DNA of 64,000 nucleotides from the NCBI RefSeq assembly GCF_009914755.1, contig NC_060932.1. The stretch is one strand, 5' to 3'. Position 1 is the first letter of the stretch, and each line of letters begins with the position of its first letter. Position numbers and translations under genes: made by a program. The stretch is from the human T2T-CHM13v2.0 reference genome, Homo sapiens. The notes under the pieces were generated by a model. The model made no database searches. It had not been told where the DNA came from and worked only from the letters and a program-made list of their open reading frames with translations. Shown one piece after another: positions 27,011-41,047 of this stretch.

Positions 27011-27474
27011 AGGACTATGATGCCGCAATGGAAAGCCATGGACTAGAAGTCACAAAATTCCAGTCTAGACATGTTTTTCTACCCATTTGCTGCACAATCA
27101 TAAGCATGTCACGTCTTGGTAGCTCAACTGCTTTGCTATAAAATGAATGGCTGACTTGTTTAATCATGGCTTTCCTCTCTCCTCTAGCATCCTGTGATTA
27201 TGGGTCCATGACTTCCTGGCTCTACTCACCCATTTGTACTCTAGGGCAAGGCATCCATTTCCCCATCTACTCATAGGTATAGAAATGCTCAACCTACCTT
27301 CCACAGAGGTCTCTTGTCAAGATCAAATGAGTTAATAATGCAGGTGAAAGCACTTAGAAAAAATAAAGTGCTAAATAACTTCTAATGCCTGCAGGGAAAG
27401 GGTTATGACTTCCCTGTCATTCTATGTGTTTCACAAACTTGGTGAAACCCGGTGTGAGGGATGAGGTACCACTC

Positions 27475-27700
27475 AGAGCTCAAGCTCTGGAGTCAGATTG
27501 CTTGGACTCAAATCCCAACTCTGCCCTTCATTGTGAAATGATCTTGGGCATGTTACTAACATTTTGTGGCTCCGTTTCCTCAGCAGTAAGGTGGAAATGC
27601 TTTCTCCTATAATTGCAATGAGGAATAAATGAGGTAATATGGGTAAAGTGCTGAAAATAGTGCATGGTATTTAGTAAATTCCCAGGAAATGTCAGGTCTT
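27475..27700 (+). mobile_element. MIR
   Basis: gctctggagtcagattgcttggactcaaatccc...gtttcctca...gaggaataaatgag. Confidence 0.8.
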
Positions 27701-29627
27701 TTCTTTCTTCTCCTCCTCCTCTTCCTCCTTCTCCTCTATCTTCTTTTTCTTCATCAAATAAAGGAATAGCAATGGCAATGATAACAACAACCAACAAAAT
27801 AAAATATAAAAAGATGGGATTGTGGGGATGGTCAGACCATGGTTAGCTTAAAGGCTCTTAACTCTTCAAATGAGCTGGATTTCAAATGAGCCCCAACTAT
27901 CTGCTGGCTTCTGCAAGCTAGTAAGTTAAACACATGGATTGGCCCTGCTATGAACAAGTGTTCATTGAGCTCTCCATTTGCAGGCCACAGTGCTAATTGT
28001 CACACATAGATAAAAAGTCAGAGATCTTCCCTTTAAGGAGATTACAATTTAGAGATAAATAAAAATAGTAAGCTCCTCAAACAATTACAGGAAAATGAAC
28101 AGTGGTCTGCCTTGTTTTGGTGAGGCTGTGAAACCTCATGGAAAGAGTCATAGTTGAAGGTTTTATAGAAGGGTGAGTTTTGACCTTGAGAGAGCTGGAT
28201 TTGGAAAACAGAAAGGAGAACATCATGAGTAAAGAAACAGAAGCAGGCATGTTGTATTTGGGGCAGAAGAGGACACCAAAAAGTGTAGACTCAGTTAACA
28301 AGTGGTGGGACACTTGCCTTGGAAGGTAGGTCCTTGAATATTAGTCAGAGGAATTCAGACTTCATACAAGAAAATCCAGCAGAAGACAAATTGCTTTTCG
28401 TTTTAAACTGTCTGCTTTCTCCTTGCGAAATTAGAAAGGTCATACAATGAAAGTGAGTCATCACTCTTTTCCACTCACTTAGCATTCGATATAAATCTGT
28501 GTTTGCCTTGGGTGAATGGGCAGGTAGTTATTCGCAAGGCTGAATCAAGTCATGCAGCTGGATCTAGTTGCTGTTGTTAGTCCTCCTCTCCCTAAAACCA
28601 GCGGGTGTTCCATTCGGTGGAAATGTACCAGAACTGGAGGGTTGGTGGCGATGGTGTTCTTGAAGAAGGGTGAGAATAGAGCCCTTTGTTATTGTAGAGA
28701 CTCTCATGGAAGAGCTGGTTTCTGAAACCTTGAAAGTGGGGAAACCACTCCTGGGGTAGTATAGGGTTGTCTGGAATTTTAACTTATACTGCTCAACTTA
28801 TATCTTAACTTATACCACTGGATAGATGATTGTATCAGAGAGCAGCTAGAAGTGCTTTTATGAGAGTTAATAAAACTAGGATAAATCGTCTTCACGTTAT
28901 ACCTCCTAGAAATTTGGACTTTCAATTTGGGGCATTTAAATGACGGTCACTGTGTCCCCGTCGATTGCATCAGCTCCGTGCTCTCCACTGTCAGCAGCAC
29001 CAGCCTCCTTCCTTGCCAAACCTGGTCACCAACGTGACCAGTCAGCTATTTAAGCAGAAATGATCTTTTGTGAAAATCTATATATTATTTAATGCCTTTG
29101 CCCTTTGCCTTAGCTCTTTCTTTCTGCGAGCTCCTCAGCCAGGATTTCAATCTGCTTTGGATGCTTTGCAAAAAGAAATGCACAGCAAACTCCAGTGGGA
29201 ATTGTGACTCTCTGTTCCTGATTTCTGGATTCTTGTAATCTATAGTGCTTCCGTGCTGGGGCTCTGCAGCTCTTTAATGGGGCCTTGTGGTAAAGTTTGG
29301 GTAGGAAGAAATCATTTCACTTAGAAATGGTTCTGCTTTGATGATCTCTGTTTTACTGGGAGTTTTTCTTCTCCTTTGTCTTTAAAGCCAGAGCCATTTC
29401 CTAGAATAAATGTTGCCTGAACACGGGAGAAGAAAGTGGAGAATCAAGTCTTGGGGAAGATACAGACTCCAGCAGTGAATCAAAATGGCTTTGGCAGTTC
29501 ATTAATCAATCAACAAATATTTGATAATTGCTGACCACATGTAAGGCATAATGTTAGGGACTGTGGATAGTATAAAAAACGTGAATGGAATCTTGTCTGT
29601 TCACTCTCAAAAAACTCAATAGCTTTT

Positions 29628-30009
<382 letters not shown>

Positions 30010-31382
30010 TTACAGTTCAGCAAATTCAAGCCAAACTCATTGCCCTGGTGTCTAAGGCATCACATAGCTGACTCCAACCAATGGGCTTTTCTGCACGTGC
30101 CCGTGTGCCTTCACCTGTATTACCTCACGTTGTTTTTATCTGAGGATAAATGGCCCGTGAGATCCATGAACACCTACCCCCAACACTTCTGTTGACTAAA
30201 TTCTGTTCATTTTTACAGATCACCTTCACATACCACCTCCTCCAGGAAGCATGACCTGATTGACCCTCAGTTGTGTGTGAACTTTCTTCCTTTCAACCCC
30301 CATGGTACCTTGTATTTCTTTTGTTTTCTCAAGAGAACGCTGCTTGACAGAGTAGGAAGATCAAAAAGCATTTGCTGATTGACTGATTTAATAGGGTTGA
30401 AGGTCTCTTAGGATCTTATAGGATCATCAATATCAACATGGTGGGGAGAAGACTTAGTTCTGGTGAGAATACCAATTCAGAGGACTAGAACAAGGGAAAT
30501 CAAACTGAACTGTCAAATAGATAAAACAGTAAGGGTTTAGAGGTGTGTAGGTTCATAGCCACACGTAAGAGTGATATTTCTGCAAACAGCCCAGAATGTA
30601 TTATACTGACATGAGTATTGCTCCTCAAGGTGGTCCCAGTCAGAGACTGATTTCCCTGAGGTTGCCAGAAAGCAAGATACTAGCAGCAAGAAGATCCCAA
30701 CCCTGGGTGCCCTCCCTCCAACCCACATCTCGCCAGTTGCTGCTATTGGAGCGTAAGTCAGTCTACACGGTTTCCAGTCAACTGAGCGTCAGGGACACCA
30801 ATAGTGTCCACAGGACTGTGGAGCATTGAGGAGAAAGTAAAAGGCAAACCGTGTTCATTATGAGTTTACAGTTATGCTGGGGAGAGGCAGATGAAAACAT
30901 CAAATTAAAATGCACACCAGTCCATGTTGAGGTGCTGAAATGACTCACCCAGACAAGAAGGGCTATTTGAATTTATGGAGGAAGGGTGTGGGTGGGAATT
31001 GAGCAGGGTAAAAGGTGAGATGTGGAAACTGAGAGGGTCCCTGAAAGACTTCAGGGAATGGAGATGGGGGCTTGGCCTTCTGACCTGGGGACCTGAAATG
31101 TCTAAAATTGTAACTCACAATTGCACTGCCCACATCTGAGCCTCTTTAGACCTATGTCTTCTCTAATTAACCCTGGCTCTGGGCTCTTTCTTTTGGTACC
31201 TGTTGTCAGTGTATTTACAGTCTCCCAGGCAAAAGAACTCAGTCAATTCTCCCTTTTTCTCTCACTAGACACCTCTATCTAATCAGTCACCTATGATTAA
31301 GTTTCATATGGATTGCTTTTGTCTCTAAGTTCAGCCTGTGTATAGAACTTCAGGTTCTCAATGGCTTTTGTCTTTTCAATAT

Positions 31383-31920
31383 CATTCCAGTTATCTATGG
31401 CTGTGTAACAAACTACTCCCAAACTTAGTGGCTTAAAACAACAACTGGTCTATTATACCTTATAATTTTGCAGGTCAGGAATCCTGGCTGAATAGTTTCT
31501 CTGTCTCACATGGCATTCATGGAAGCATTCACTGGTGTTCACTGGACCATGCAGATCTGGACAGCATGTGGTGGCTGCATTTTTGTGTCTGTTTCCTTGT
31601 TGAGCATGGCTGGAAAGTGAGATCAGCTAGAACCATTGACCAAAGTGCTTATGCATGGGTTTTTCAGCATGGTGACCTCAAGGTGGTCAGAGCTTTTAAA
31701 TGGGAGCTCGGAGCTCCCAGAGTGAAAATTCCAAGAGACGGTAAGCATAACCTGATACTCTCTCAAGGCTGGGTCAGGAAACAACCACAACACCATTTCT
31801 GCCCTATATTACTGGTGACGCAATCCCAGAACCACCCTCTAGTCAAGGGGAAGGGACAAAGACCCCACCTGTGGATGGGAAGAGTGTCAAAGCAATTGTG
31901 GTCACATGTAATCTATCATG
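31383..31920 (-). mobile_element. MaLR LTR (MLT1H/F-like)
   Basis: gttatctatggctgtgtaacaaactactcccaaacttagtggcttaaaacaac, the antisense MLT1 3' end. Confidence 0.8.
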
Positions 31921-32065
31921 AGCGTTATATTATTTGTTTTGACAGCAGGAGGCAATGGGAAGATCCTGATGCTAACTTCGGCTCTCCTGTTAGCCCACTG
32001 TGTGTACATGAGGGAACCTCTTTAAATCTCCACACCTCAGAACTTCTGCAGTGATGGATGTGTTC

Positions 32066-32252
32066 CACGGTTGTCAAAGTGTGGTCCCCAAACCAGCAGC
32101 ATCAACTTCACCTGAAAATGTGTTAGAATAGTCAATTATCAGGCCCCACCTCACAACCATTGAATCAAACATCTTGGGTGGGACCCAGCAATTTGTATTT
32201 AACCAAGCCCATAAGGTGATTCTGATGTGTGTAAGGGTTAAAGAAGCCCTGG
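32066..32252. mobile_element. MER5A hAT-Charlie
   Basis: tcaaagtgtggtcccc...cagcagcatc...caggccccacc...ggtgattctgatg. Confidence 0.8.
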
Positions 32253-32418
32253 GGTTGGTTCCTTTCAGCCGACTTTCTGTGATTCTAACTACAGAAGCAC
32301 CCTTTCATGCCACATGACCAGAACTAATAGCCAATTAATTGAAAAAATTAATTAAAATTAAGAAATGCTACTTACATTTGTGAAACTTTTAATTTTAACG
32401 AAAGGAAGTCAATCTTTC

Positions 32419-32770
32419 GATGTAGGGTCAAGGCCTTTCTTTGAGTGTGAGTCTGCTGGTTGGATTTCTATGACAGCTTTTTTGCATAACCCATATCTTT
32501 AATGCATGATCTAAGATTTTTAGGTTTTTACAAGCAGAGTAAGAACTAAAGACTTTACAAAGGAATCTGAACAGTTCATCTGAGTGACTCATCTTTCTTG
32601 ACTATTTCTGAATATCTGACTTGGTTTACATAACAATGCATTTGTAATATTTAATTACATTAAATCATTGCAATGACAATAATTACTGGAATAAACAAGT
32701 TTGGGAACAAAGTCAACTGATGGAAACAGAAGGCTTGGGACACTGGGTGGTTTTCTACTCATCACAAGCA
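32419..32770 (+). mobile_element. Ancient CR1/L2-clade LINE RT fossil (putative)
   Basis: Hand translation QGLSLSVSLL, IFNA*SKIFR, LQRNLNSSSE*, and a frameshifted D-GVVFYS, in RT motif order. Confidence 0.45.
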
Positions 32771-33472
32771 TCACTTGGCCATGGATGTCAACTGTTTTAA
32801 GGACAGCAGGGAGAATACTGGTATATGTGGAGAGTTGGTTGAGTGGACATTGAGTAAGAGAGCTTCTCCTGCACTGCTGGTTCTTCCTAACCAGAATTCT
32901 TGTCTTCTTCCCTCTTTTTTATTGCATCCTTGACACATGTTTAATTCAAGCCCTTTTCACCTAACCCTGAACTATTACAAAAGCACACTATGTGGTCTCA
33001 TCGTCTCCACACTTACCTCCTGGTGTCTGCATAAATTCATGCTTACAAAAGCCATGCCATTCCCATTCTCAGCAGGGTAGAATGAAAAGAACACTGGATT
33101 TAGAAGCTAAGGACCTGATTGGGTCTTAATCTACTATTTCTAGTTGTGTGCCATTGGATAACTCAGTCAACTTCTCCAAGCTCTTTCCCTCAAGCAAAGA
33201 TAGAGCAACTAGTGCTACACACACTTCAGAGGGGATCTTGAAGATCAAGAGGACTTAAATAGGTGAAAATGTTTTGAAACCTGAATAGAACTCTACAATT
33301 CTAAGTTGTTTCTTTCCTTACTGTGTGATAACGCTCAGTCTTTTCAGCCTAGCACCCAACAATCTAGTTCTAGCTTATCTTCTCAGCTTCTTTCTCAAAG
33401 ATCCTAGAAGTGTACTTCTCACCCTAGCAAGACTGTTCTACTCAAGCTCCCATGCACAGACCTAAGTTTTCT

Positions 33473-33965
33473 TTTCCTTTTTTATTATAATTTAAGTTTT
33501 AGGGTACATGTGCACAACATGCAGGTTAGTTACATATGTATACATGTGCCATGTTGGTGTGCTGCACCCATTAACTCGTCATTTAACATTAGGTATATCT
33601 CCTATTGCTATCCCTCCCCTCTCCCCCCACCCCACAACAGGCACCAGTGTGTGATGTTCCCCTTCCTGTGTCCATGTGTTCTCATTGTTCAATTCCCACC
33701 TATGAATGAGAACATGCGGTGTTTGGTTTTTTGTCCTTGCGATAGTTTGCTGAGAATAATGGTTTCCAGCTTCATCCATGTCCCTAAAAAGGACATGAAC
33801 TCATCATTTTTTATGGCTGCATAGTATTCCAGGATTGTAAATCATGCTGCTATAAAGACACATGCACACGTATATTTATTGTGGCACTATTCACAATAGC
33901 AAAGACTTGGAACCAAGCCAAATGTCCAACAATGATAGACTGGATTAAGAAAATGTGGCACATAT
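33473..33965 (-). mobile_element. Young L1PA (PA3/4-like), 5'-truncated, with inverted 5' segment (33832-33965 on +)
   Basis: L1PA 3'UTR on minus to 33831, then sense ORF2 piece (ALFTIAKTWNQAKCPTMIDWIKKMWHI); perfect direct repeat atgcacagacctaagttttct at 33452-33472 and 33964-33984. Confidence 0.96.
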
Positions 33966-34554
33966 GCACAGACCTAAGTTTTCTATGTCTATGCCTTTGG
34001 CCACTGTCCCCTAAAATGTCTTTTTCCTTTTCTATAACTGGGTTGGTCTACCTCCATTTGCGTGGACGTTTCCATGAGACACAGACTCACAAAGATTGGG
34101 CAGAATACAAGTAAGTCAAAGCAAGCTACCTCCTGGCCTCTGAAGACCAAGTGGAGAAGAAAACAGGTTTCTAACCAAAGAAGAAAGTTCTGAGTTATAA
34201 TTTCTCAGCACTCTAGGCAAGGTGCAGCACACCTTGACAGTTAGAGAAGAGTATTTCATCTTGAAAACCTGCAGCTCACCAGTGAAGTAACATCCTTTCT
34301 TGTTTCATTGGACGAGACGGCACACTTGTCAGTGGAACTTAGAAGATGCAGCAGTAACAACATAAACTAGGTATATGCCGAACCCTATCAGGTCATCTAT
34401 TCTGTAGTCATCTGGTGGTTGGGATTATTCTTAGTGAGACAAGCTAGGCATCAAAAGGCTGAACAGCTCAAATACCAAGTAAGACTCAAATCCTTTTCCT
34501 ATGTATATATTAAAAGCTGGTCACACTCTTAGACTTTAAACATGGCACTGAAAT

Positions 34555-35135
34555 CTAGGATTCCATTCGGGTGCAAGCAACAGAAAACCTAAGAGAGGCC
34601 TTCGTAAATAAGGGGTCAATTTATGCAGTGCGACATGAGCTTTGGAAATAGGTGGTCCTCACGTGCAGCTGCTCAAATAGGCCACTGAAGGCTCAGACCC
34701 CTTCTCTCTCTTCCTGCTTCATCATCTTTCATATCTTTAGCTTTTATTTTCCATTGCAGGGTGGCTGCTGTGCCTTCAGGCATCGGATCACGTTCCAGGT
34801 GGTAAGAAGGGAGAGGGCAAATTGGCAGAGCAGATGACACTGAGCCTGTTCCTTTCCTTGAAGCGGGCTATGTTTACCCATAGTTCATATCTGGCATCTT
34901 TTATAATTGGTGGTTATTTATTTATTTTTAATATTACCCTTGCTTAAAAGCCCCACCTGCTAACTTCTGCTTTATCTCATCATCTAGTTCTGGGTTACAT
35001 AGACACCCTTGCCTGGGATAGAGTTGGAAATTGAGTGTTTTTACTTGGGTGCACTGCCACCCTCAAACAGGTTTGAGATTCTGTCAAAGAGAAGACAACA
35101 ACAGATACTGAGCAGGCAATTAATCGTCTGCCATA
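34555..35135 (-). mobile_element. Old MaLR LTR (MLT1J/K/L-like)
   Basis: gggtgcaagcaacagaaaacc start and caggcaattaatcgtctgccata end. Confidence 0.6.
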
Positions 35136-36274
35136 ATGCTTAATTCAAACTTGTGTATTATTCTAAATTGCACCACTTGGCTTTATATTTAAAGGCAACA
35201 AGCTTCACCTGTGTCAGGGGCAACTGGTGATGGAAGAAAAAGTCTCATATGAAGGTGATATTTCCTTGGGGAACCTGAAGCCATACATCCTTCCAGACCC
35301 AGTTCAAATACTCCAACCTTCAAGAAACCTCATTCACCCCGGTTCTCCTCCTCCAACACTTATTGTTCGCCCTGTCCACTTGACATTTATCTTGGGTAGA
35401 TGTCATTCCCCACCCCAAACATATTATAAATTCCATGGGGGATAGGGTTATATTTTCTTTTTCTTTTTTATTTCCCACGGGCCCCCAAATGGTACTGAAC
35501 ACAACATAGAGGAATATTACATACTTACTGTTTGGTTCATAGGAAATGGTATCATGGTGGTAGTTGAGCTAGATATGAATGTGGAACAGTATGAAGGCTG
35601 TGTTTCTGGGTCTAAGAGTCTGGGTGACAGAGTAGCGAAAGATAAAGTTAGTTCATTCATTTAATTCTTTAATGTATGTATTAAATACCTATTCTACGCT
35701 AGACAAAAATACAACTGTCCTAGATTCTGTATTCTATTGACCTAGCAGTATAGACAGGGTCAAATACCAACAAGATAATTTTGCAAAAAATTATAGTTCT
35801 AGACTTCCTCTAGATTGAACACTTTCCATCTGCCTGGCACATGGACAGAAGCACACACTGATTGAGCCTGGTGTGATTCTGGCTGTCAAACTTCATCTTC
35901 GCCATCAAACATGTGATCACATTCATTTAATTCTCAGAGAAGCCCTTTGGTTTCTCATTACATTTGAGGAAACTGAGGCCAAGAGCAGTGGTGGGTTGCT
36001 CCAGGACACATGGGCAGTTGGTGGGAGAACTGGATTTCTACCCAGTGCATAGAAGGTCAGCCTCACTCCTGCTCTCCAGTCCCTGCCCTTCCAGAGTGAG
36101 CTCTAATTGTCCAGGAGAGTGATGGTGGTGTCTCCCGAGAAGTATACGGAAAGCAGAGAGCACATCTTGGAGCCTCATGGACTCTTATCCATATCATGGT
36201 TATTTTTTTTTGGTTAAGTGAAGCAAGGAGGAGGCGTGGGGAGAAGAGATTGCTTTCAAACCTTCTGATTCTCA

Positions 36275-36642
<368 letters not shown>

Positions 36643-37215
36643 TCAGCCCAGGCACACAGACAGGTGTTTTGCACAGGGGGAGCAGCAGCTGTGTCTGGCA
36701 GGGGTCGGAGGCTCCCTTTCCATACACTACCTCTGGCTAATGGTCCGATCCCAGCACTGACAGCTCGGTTCATACATTCTCCTGTTGAAGGCAGACCTTC
36801 CACAAGCTGAGCTGTTCTCAGCTATCCAGTGTCTTGACATGGGAGGAACACTCGGTGATTTGAGCGTTCTTTGGGTGCCTGCCTCATGCTCAGAACTAGC
36901 TACTAGGGAAATAGAAGTGAATACATTGCACAAAACTCCCTGGCCTCAGGGAGGCTGCAATATAATAAGTAGATTAATTCAATCAGCTAGTCAGGCTTTG
37001 AAGAAAGGAGGTGGGACAGGCCAAGAAGTTAGAGATTTGGGTGCCCTGGGACAGATGGTGATCAGAAAAATGTCAGCCTTCTTGCATGGTAAGGAGGCTG
37101 AGAAGGAGTTCATTGGAGTCTAGGGTCAGTGTAAGGATCAACCCTGGAGCACCCAGAAAGCAAAGGTTGGATTACGTGATGTACATGACACATTGCTCCC
37201 AAGGTCACACTTTTA

Positions 37216-37586
<371 letters not shown>

Positions 37587-37789
37587 CCTTATTGAATTTC
37601 TCTAGAATATAAGTATGTTGATGCTGGCTTGGATCAGGGCGTCCTTGGTGCCTGGCACTTACTACATGTGCAGCAAATATTTACTGAATGAATTGCTGAA
37701 TGAACTTGAGAAGGCTCAGGCACTGCACTTTTGCATATACTTCCATTTTCTCCTTCACGTCTAATTGTGTTTATATGAGGAAACAATAG

Positions 37790-38150
37790 TGCTGTGGTCT
37801 GAATGTTTATGTCTCCACCGAAATTCAAATATTGAAGTCCTGTCCCTCAAGATGATGGTATTAAGAGGTGCAGACTCTGGGAGATGATTAGATCATGGAG
37901 GCAGAGACCTCATGAATGGGATTAGTGTCCTTATGAAAGGCTTCAGAGAGACCCCTGGCCCCTTCCGGCATGTGGGGACATAGTAAGAAGATGTCATCTA
38001 TGAGGACATGAGCCCTCACCAGACGCCCAGTCTGCTGATGCCTGGATCTTGGACTTCCCATCCTCCAGAACTGTGAGAATACAATTTTTGTTGTTTACAA
38101 GTCACCCAGTTGAGAGTACTTTGTAATAGCAGCCTGAACAGACTAAGACA
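37790..38150 (+). mobile_element. MaLR solo LTR (MLT1A0-like)
   Basis: tgctgtggtctgaatgtttatgtc...gactaagaca. Confidence 0.88.
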
Positions 38151-38342
38151 CATGCTGATTCCTATTTTTTCATAAGAAACCCGGAACACGGAGCTATTAA
38201 GGGTGTAAATGGCAGAATTAGGATTTCAAGTCATGGTTGGGTCTGTACAAGGTTAGGGCTCTTTCTTCCTCTTGCCTCAGCTTTTCCGTCTTCTCAACCC
38301 TGGCTTCTCACCCAAGGCTGCAAGACTTTGCTACCGTAAGAC

Positions 38343-38674
38343 CAGCGGTTCCCAACCTTTTTGGCACCAGGGACTGGTTTTGTGGAAGACAGTTTTTCCA
38401 TGGATGGGGGGTGGGGGATGGTTTTGGGATGAAACTGTTCCAACTCAGATCAGTCATTAGGTTCTCATAAGAAGCTCACAGCCTACATCCTTTGCATGTG
38501 CAGTTCACAATAGGGTTCAGCTCCTATGAGAATTTAATGCCACCACTGATCTGACAGGAGGTGAAGCTCAGGCAGTAATGCTCGCTGGCCTGCCACTCAC
38601 CTCCTGCTGTGCAGCCTGGTTCCTAACAGGCCACTGACTGGTACTGGTCTGTTGCCTGGGGGTGAGGACCCCTG
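38343..38674. mobile_element. MER1B hAT-Charlie DNA transposon
   Basis: cagcggttcccaacctttttggcaccaggg...gaggacccctg TIRs; 8-bp flanks cgtaagac/tatgagac. Confidence 0.92.
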
Positions 38675-38939
38675 TATGAGACAATGTTTTGACTCTGGGA
38701 ACCCTGTGAATTCCAAGCCACCATTGTTTCCCCTGATTCTCTAGGGAAACATAGTTTTACGTTCTTGTACTTGGTTTTGGGGATGTCCACACACTGTGTG
38801 CATAGAAGGGGGTGTCTGAGTGTGTGTTGGGATAGGGATGACTTCAGTGGGAAAGTACATCAGCTGCTTCACAGAAAAGAACTCAACCAATGTAAAAAAA
38901 TAAAAGTTCTTCTGATGTGAGAGGGAGAGGAAATACTGA

Positions 38940-39325
38940 TGCTGTGAACAGAACTGTGTTCCTCCAAAATGCTTATGTTGAAGCCCTAACCCCTAATAGG
39001 ACGGTATTTGAAGGTGGGGCTTTGGAGAGGTAATTAGGTTTCAATGCGGCCCTGAGGGTGAGTTTATGATGGAGTCAAAGACACAAGCGCTCTCTCACTC
39101 TCTCTCTTTTTATCTCTCTCCTTTTCACACAAATAAGAGGTCACATGGACACACAGGGATGGTGGCAACCCACAAGCCAAGAGAAGAGTCCTCGGAATGA
39201 AACCCACCTCGCTGGCACCTTGATCTTGGACTTCCCAGCCTCCAGAACTATGAGAAATTAATTACTATTGTTTAAACCACACAGTCTCTAGTATTCTATT
39301 ATAGCACCCTGTAGAAACTAAGACA
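38940..39325 (+). mobile_element. MaLR solo LTR (MLT1A1/B-like)
   Basis: tgctgtgaacagaactgtgttcc...actaagaca; flanks actga/actgc. Confidence 0.85.
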
Positions 39326-40439
39326 ACTGCTCATCTGAAGAGAGAAAGTATCCTGTTTCAAAGGCTAGCATGCCTTTGAGTCTGTCAAACCGCATAGGCC
39401 AGGAGCAGGATATAAGAGCATATTGTATACCTGGGCAGGGATGAGTGCACCTGCAGCTGACCGTTTTCCTGGTGGTCTGTGCTGAGGCCCATCCCTGAGG
39501 GGTGGTCTACAGCTTATTCCCCCACCCCAGGATGGGCTCATTTATCTCAGGCCTCCCTTCACTGTTTGTATATCTCCAATTCTATTTCTATTACCTATCT
39601 CTATCTGTCTCTATTGATCATTCTAATATTTGTCTCCAGCCTGTAATTCTCTCCTAGAACCACCTGCCACTGTGACCAGACTTACAAGCCATTTCCCCAG
39701 GGATAACAACCCTGGGACTTCAACACTGATCCTGCCATGTGTCTGTCTTTCTTCTTTGTCTGGGCTCCGGGAATGGCGTTGCCATGTAACTCAGGTCCAT
39801 GGGAGAAACATGGGCTCCTCCCCCCGTCTCACACCTCATATCTGATATATCACATAGGTGATTCATTCTGTCTCCTAAACACCGACTGAGCCCAGATCTG
39901 AGTCTCCACCTTCTCTGGATCCACATGAGTCCTTGCCGTCACTGTCTCTTGCCACGACTTCTGCAGAGGCCTCCTCACTGGCCTCCCCACTCTTCATGCC
40001 CTGCTTCAGCTCATTTGCCTAAGTGGTCTTCAAATAATGTAAATCTGATCATTTCACATTCTTGATAAATGTTCTTCAGCATTTACCCATTTGATGGAGG
40101 AAGAAGTCCACACTCCACAGCAAGGTTATGGATCTGGCCTCAGTTCAATTTTATGCCTCATTTCTAGACCTAAACTTTTCTTCCCTGGCCAACCCTGTTC
40201 TCAGCTAGCCAGAGTAGAAGAGAATAGAACAAAGCCACAAGTGTGCCCAGTCTCTGGCCTCCAGCCCTGGGATCATGGTGTTCCCAGTGCCGGAACCCCT
40301 TCTCCTTTCCTTCCCGTCATGTCCACATTGTCATCCACTCAGTCCTTTTCAAGGTTCACTCCTACTTATTACTTTTTTATGCAGCATTTTTTATTGTGGT
40401 AAAATACACATAACCAAAAAATTTACCACCTAAACTTAA

Positions 40440-40737
40440 TTTTTTTTTTAAAGTCAGGGTCTTATTCTATCATCCAGGCTAAAGGGCAGTGGTGTGATCA
40501 TAGCTCACTGTAGCCTCCATCTCCAGAGCTCCAGTGAGCCACCCACCTCAGCCTCCTAAGTAGCTGGAACTACAGGAGCATGCCACCATGACTGGCTAAT
40601 TAATTTTTTCTTTTTTTCATAGAAACAAGGTCTCCATATGCTGCCCAGGCTCGTGTTGAGCCCGTGACCTCAAGTCATGCTCATGCCTTGGCCTCCCAAA
40701 CTGACAGGATTACAGGTGTGAACCACTGCACCTGGCT
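40440..40737 (-). mobile_element. Alu (AluJ-like)
   Basis: Diverged antisense dimer. Confidence 0.92.
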
Positions 40738-40750
40738 GCCACCTTAACCA

Positions 40751-41047
<297 letters not shown>

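Noticed and set aside
31566-32054. 162-aa ORF
   Set aside because: Lies mostly inside an MLT1 LTR.
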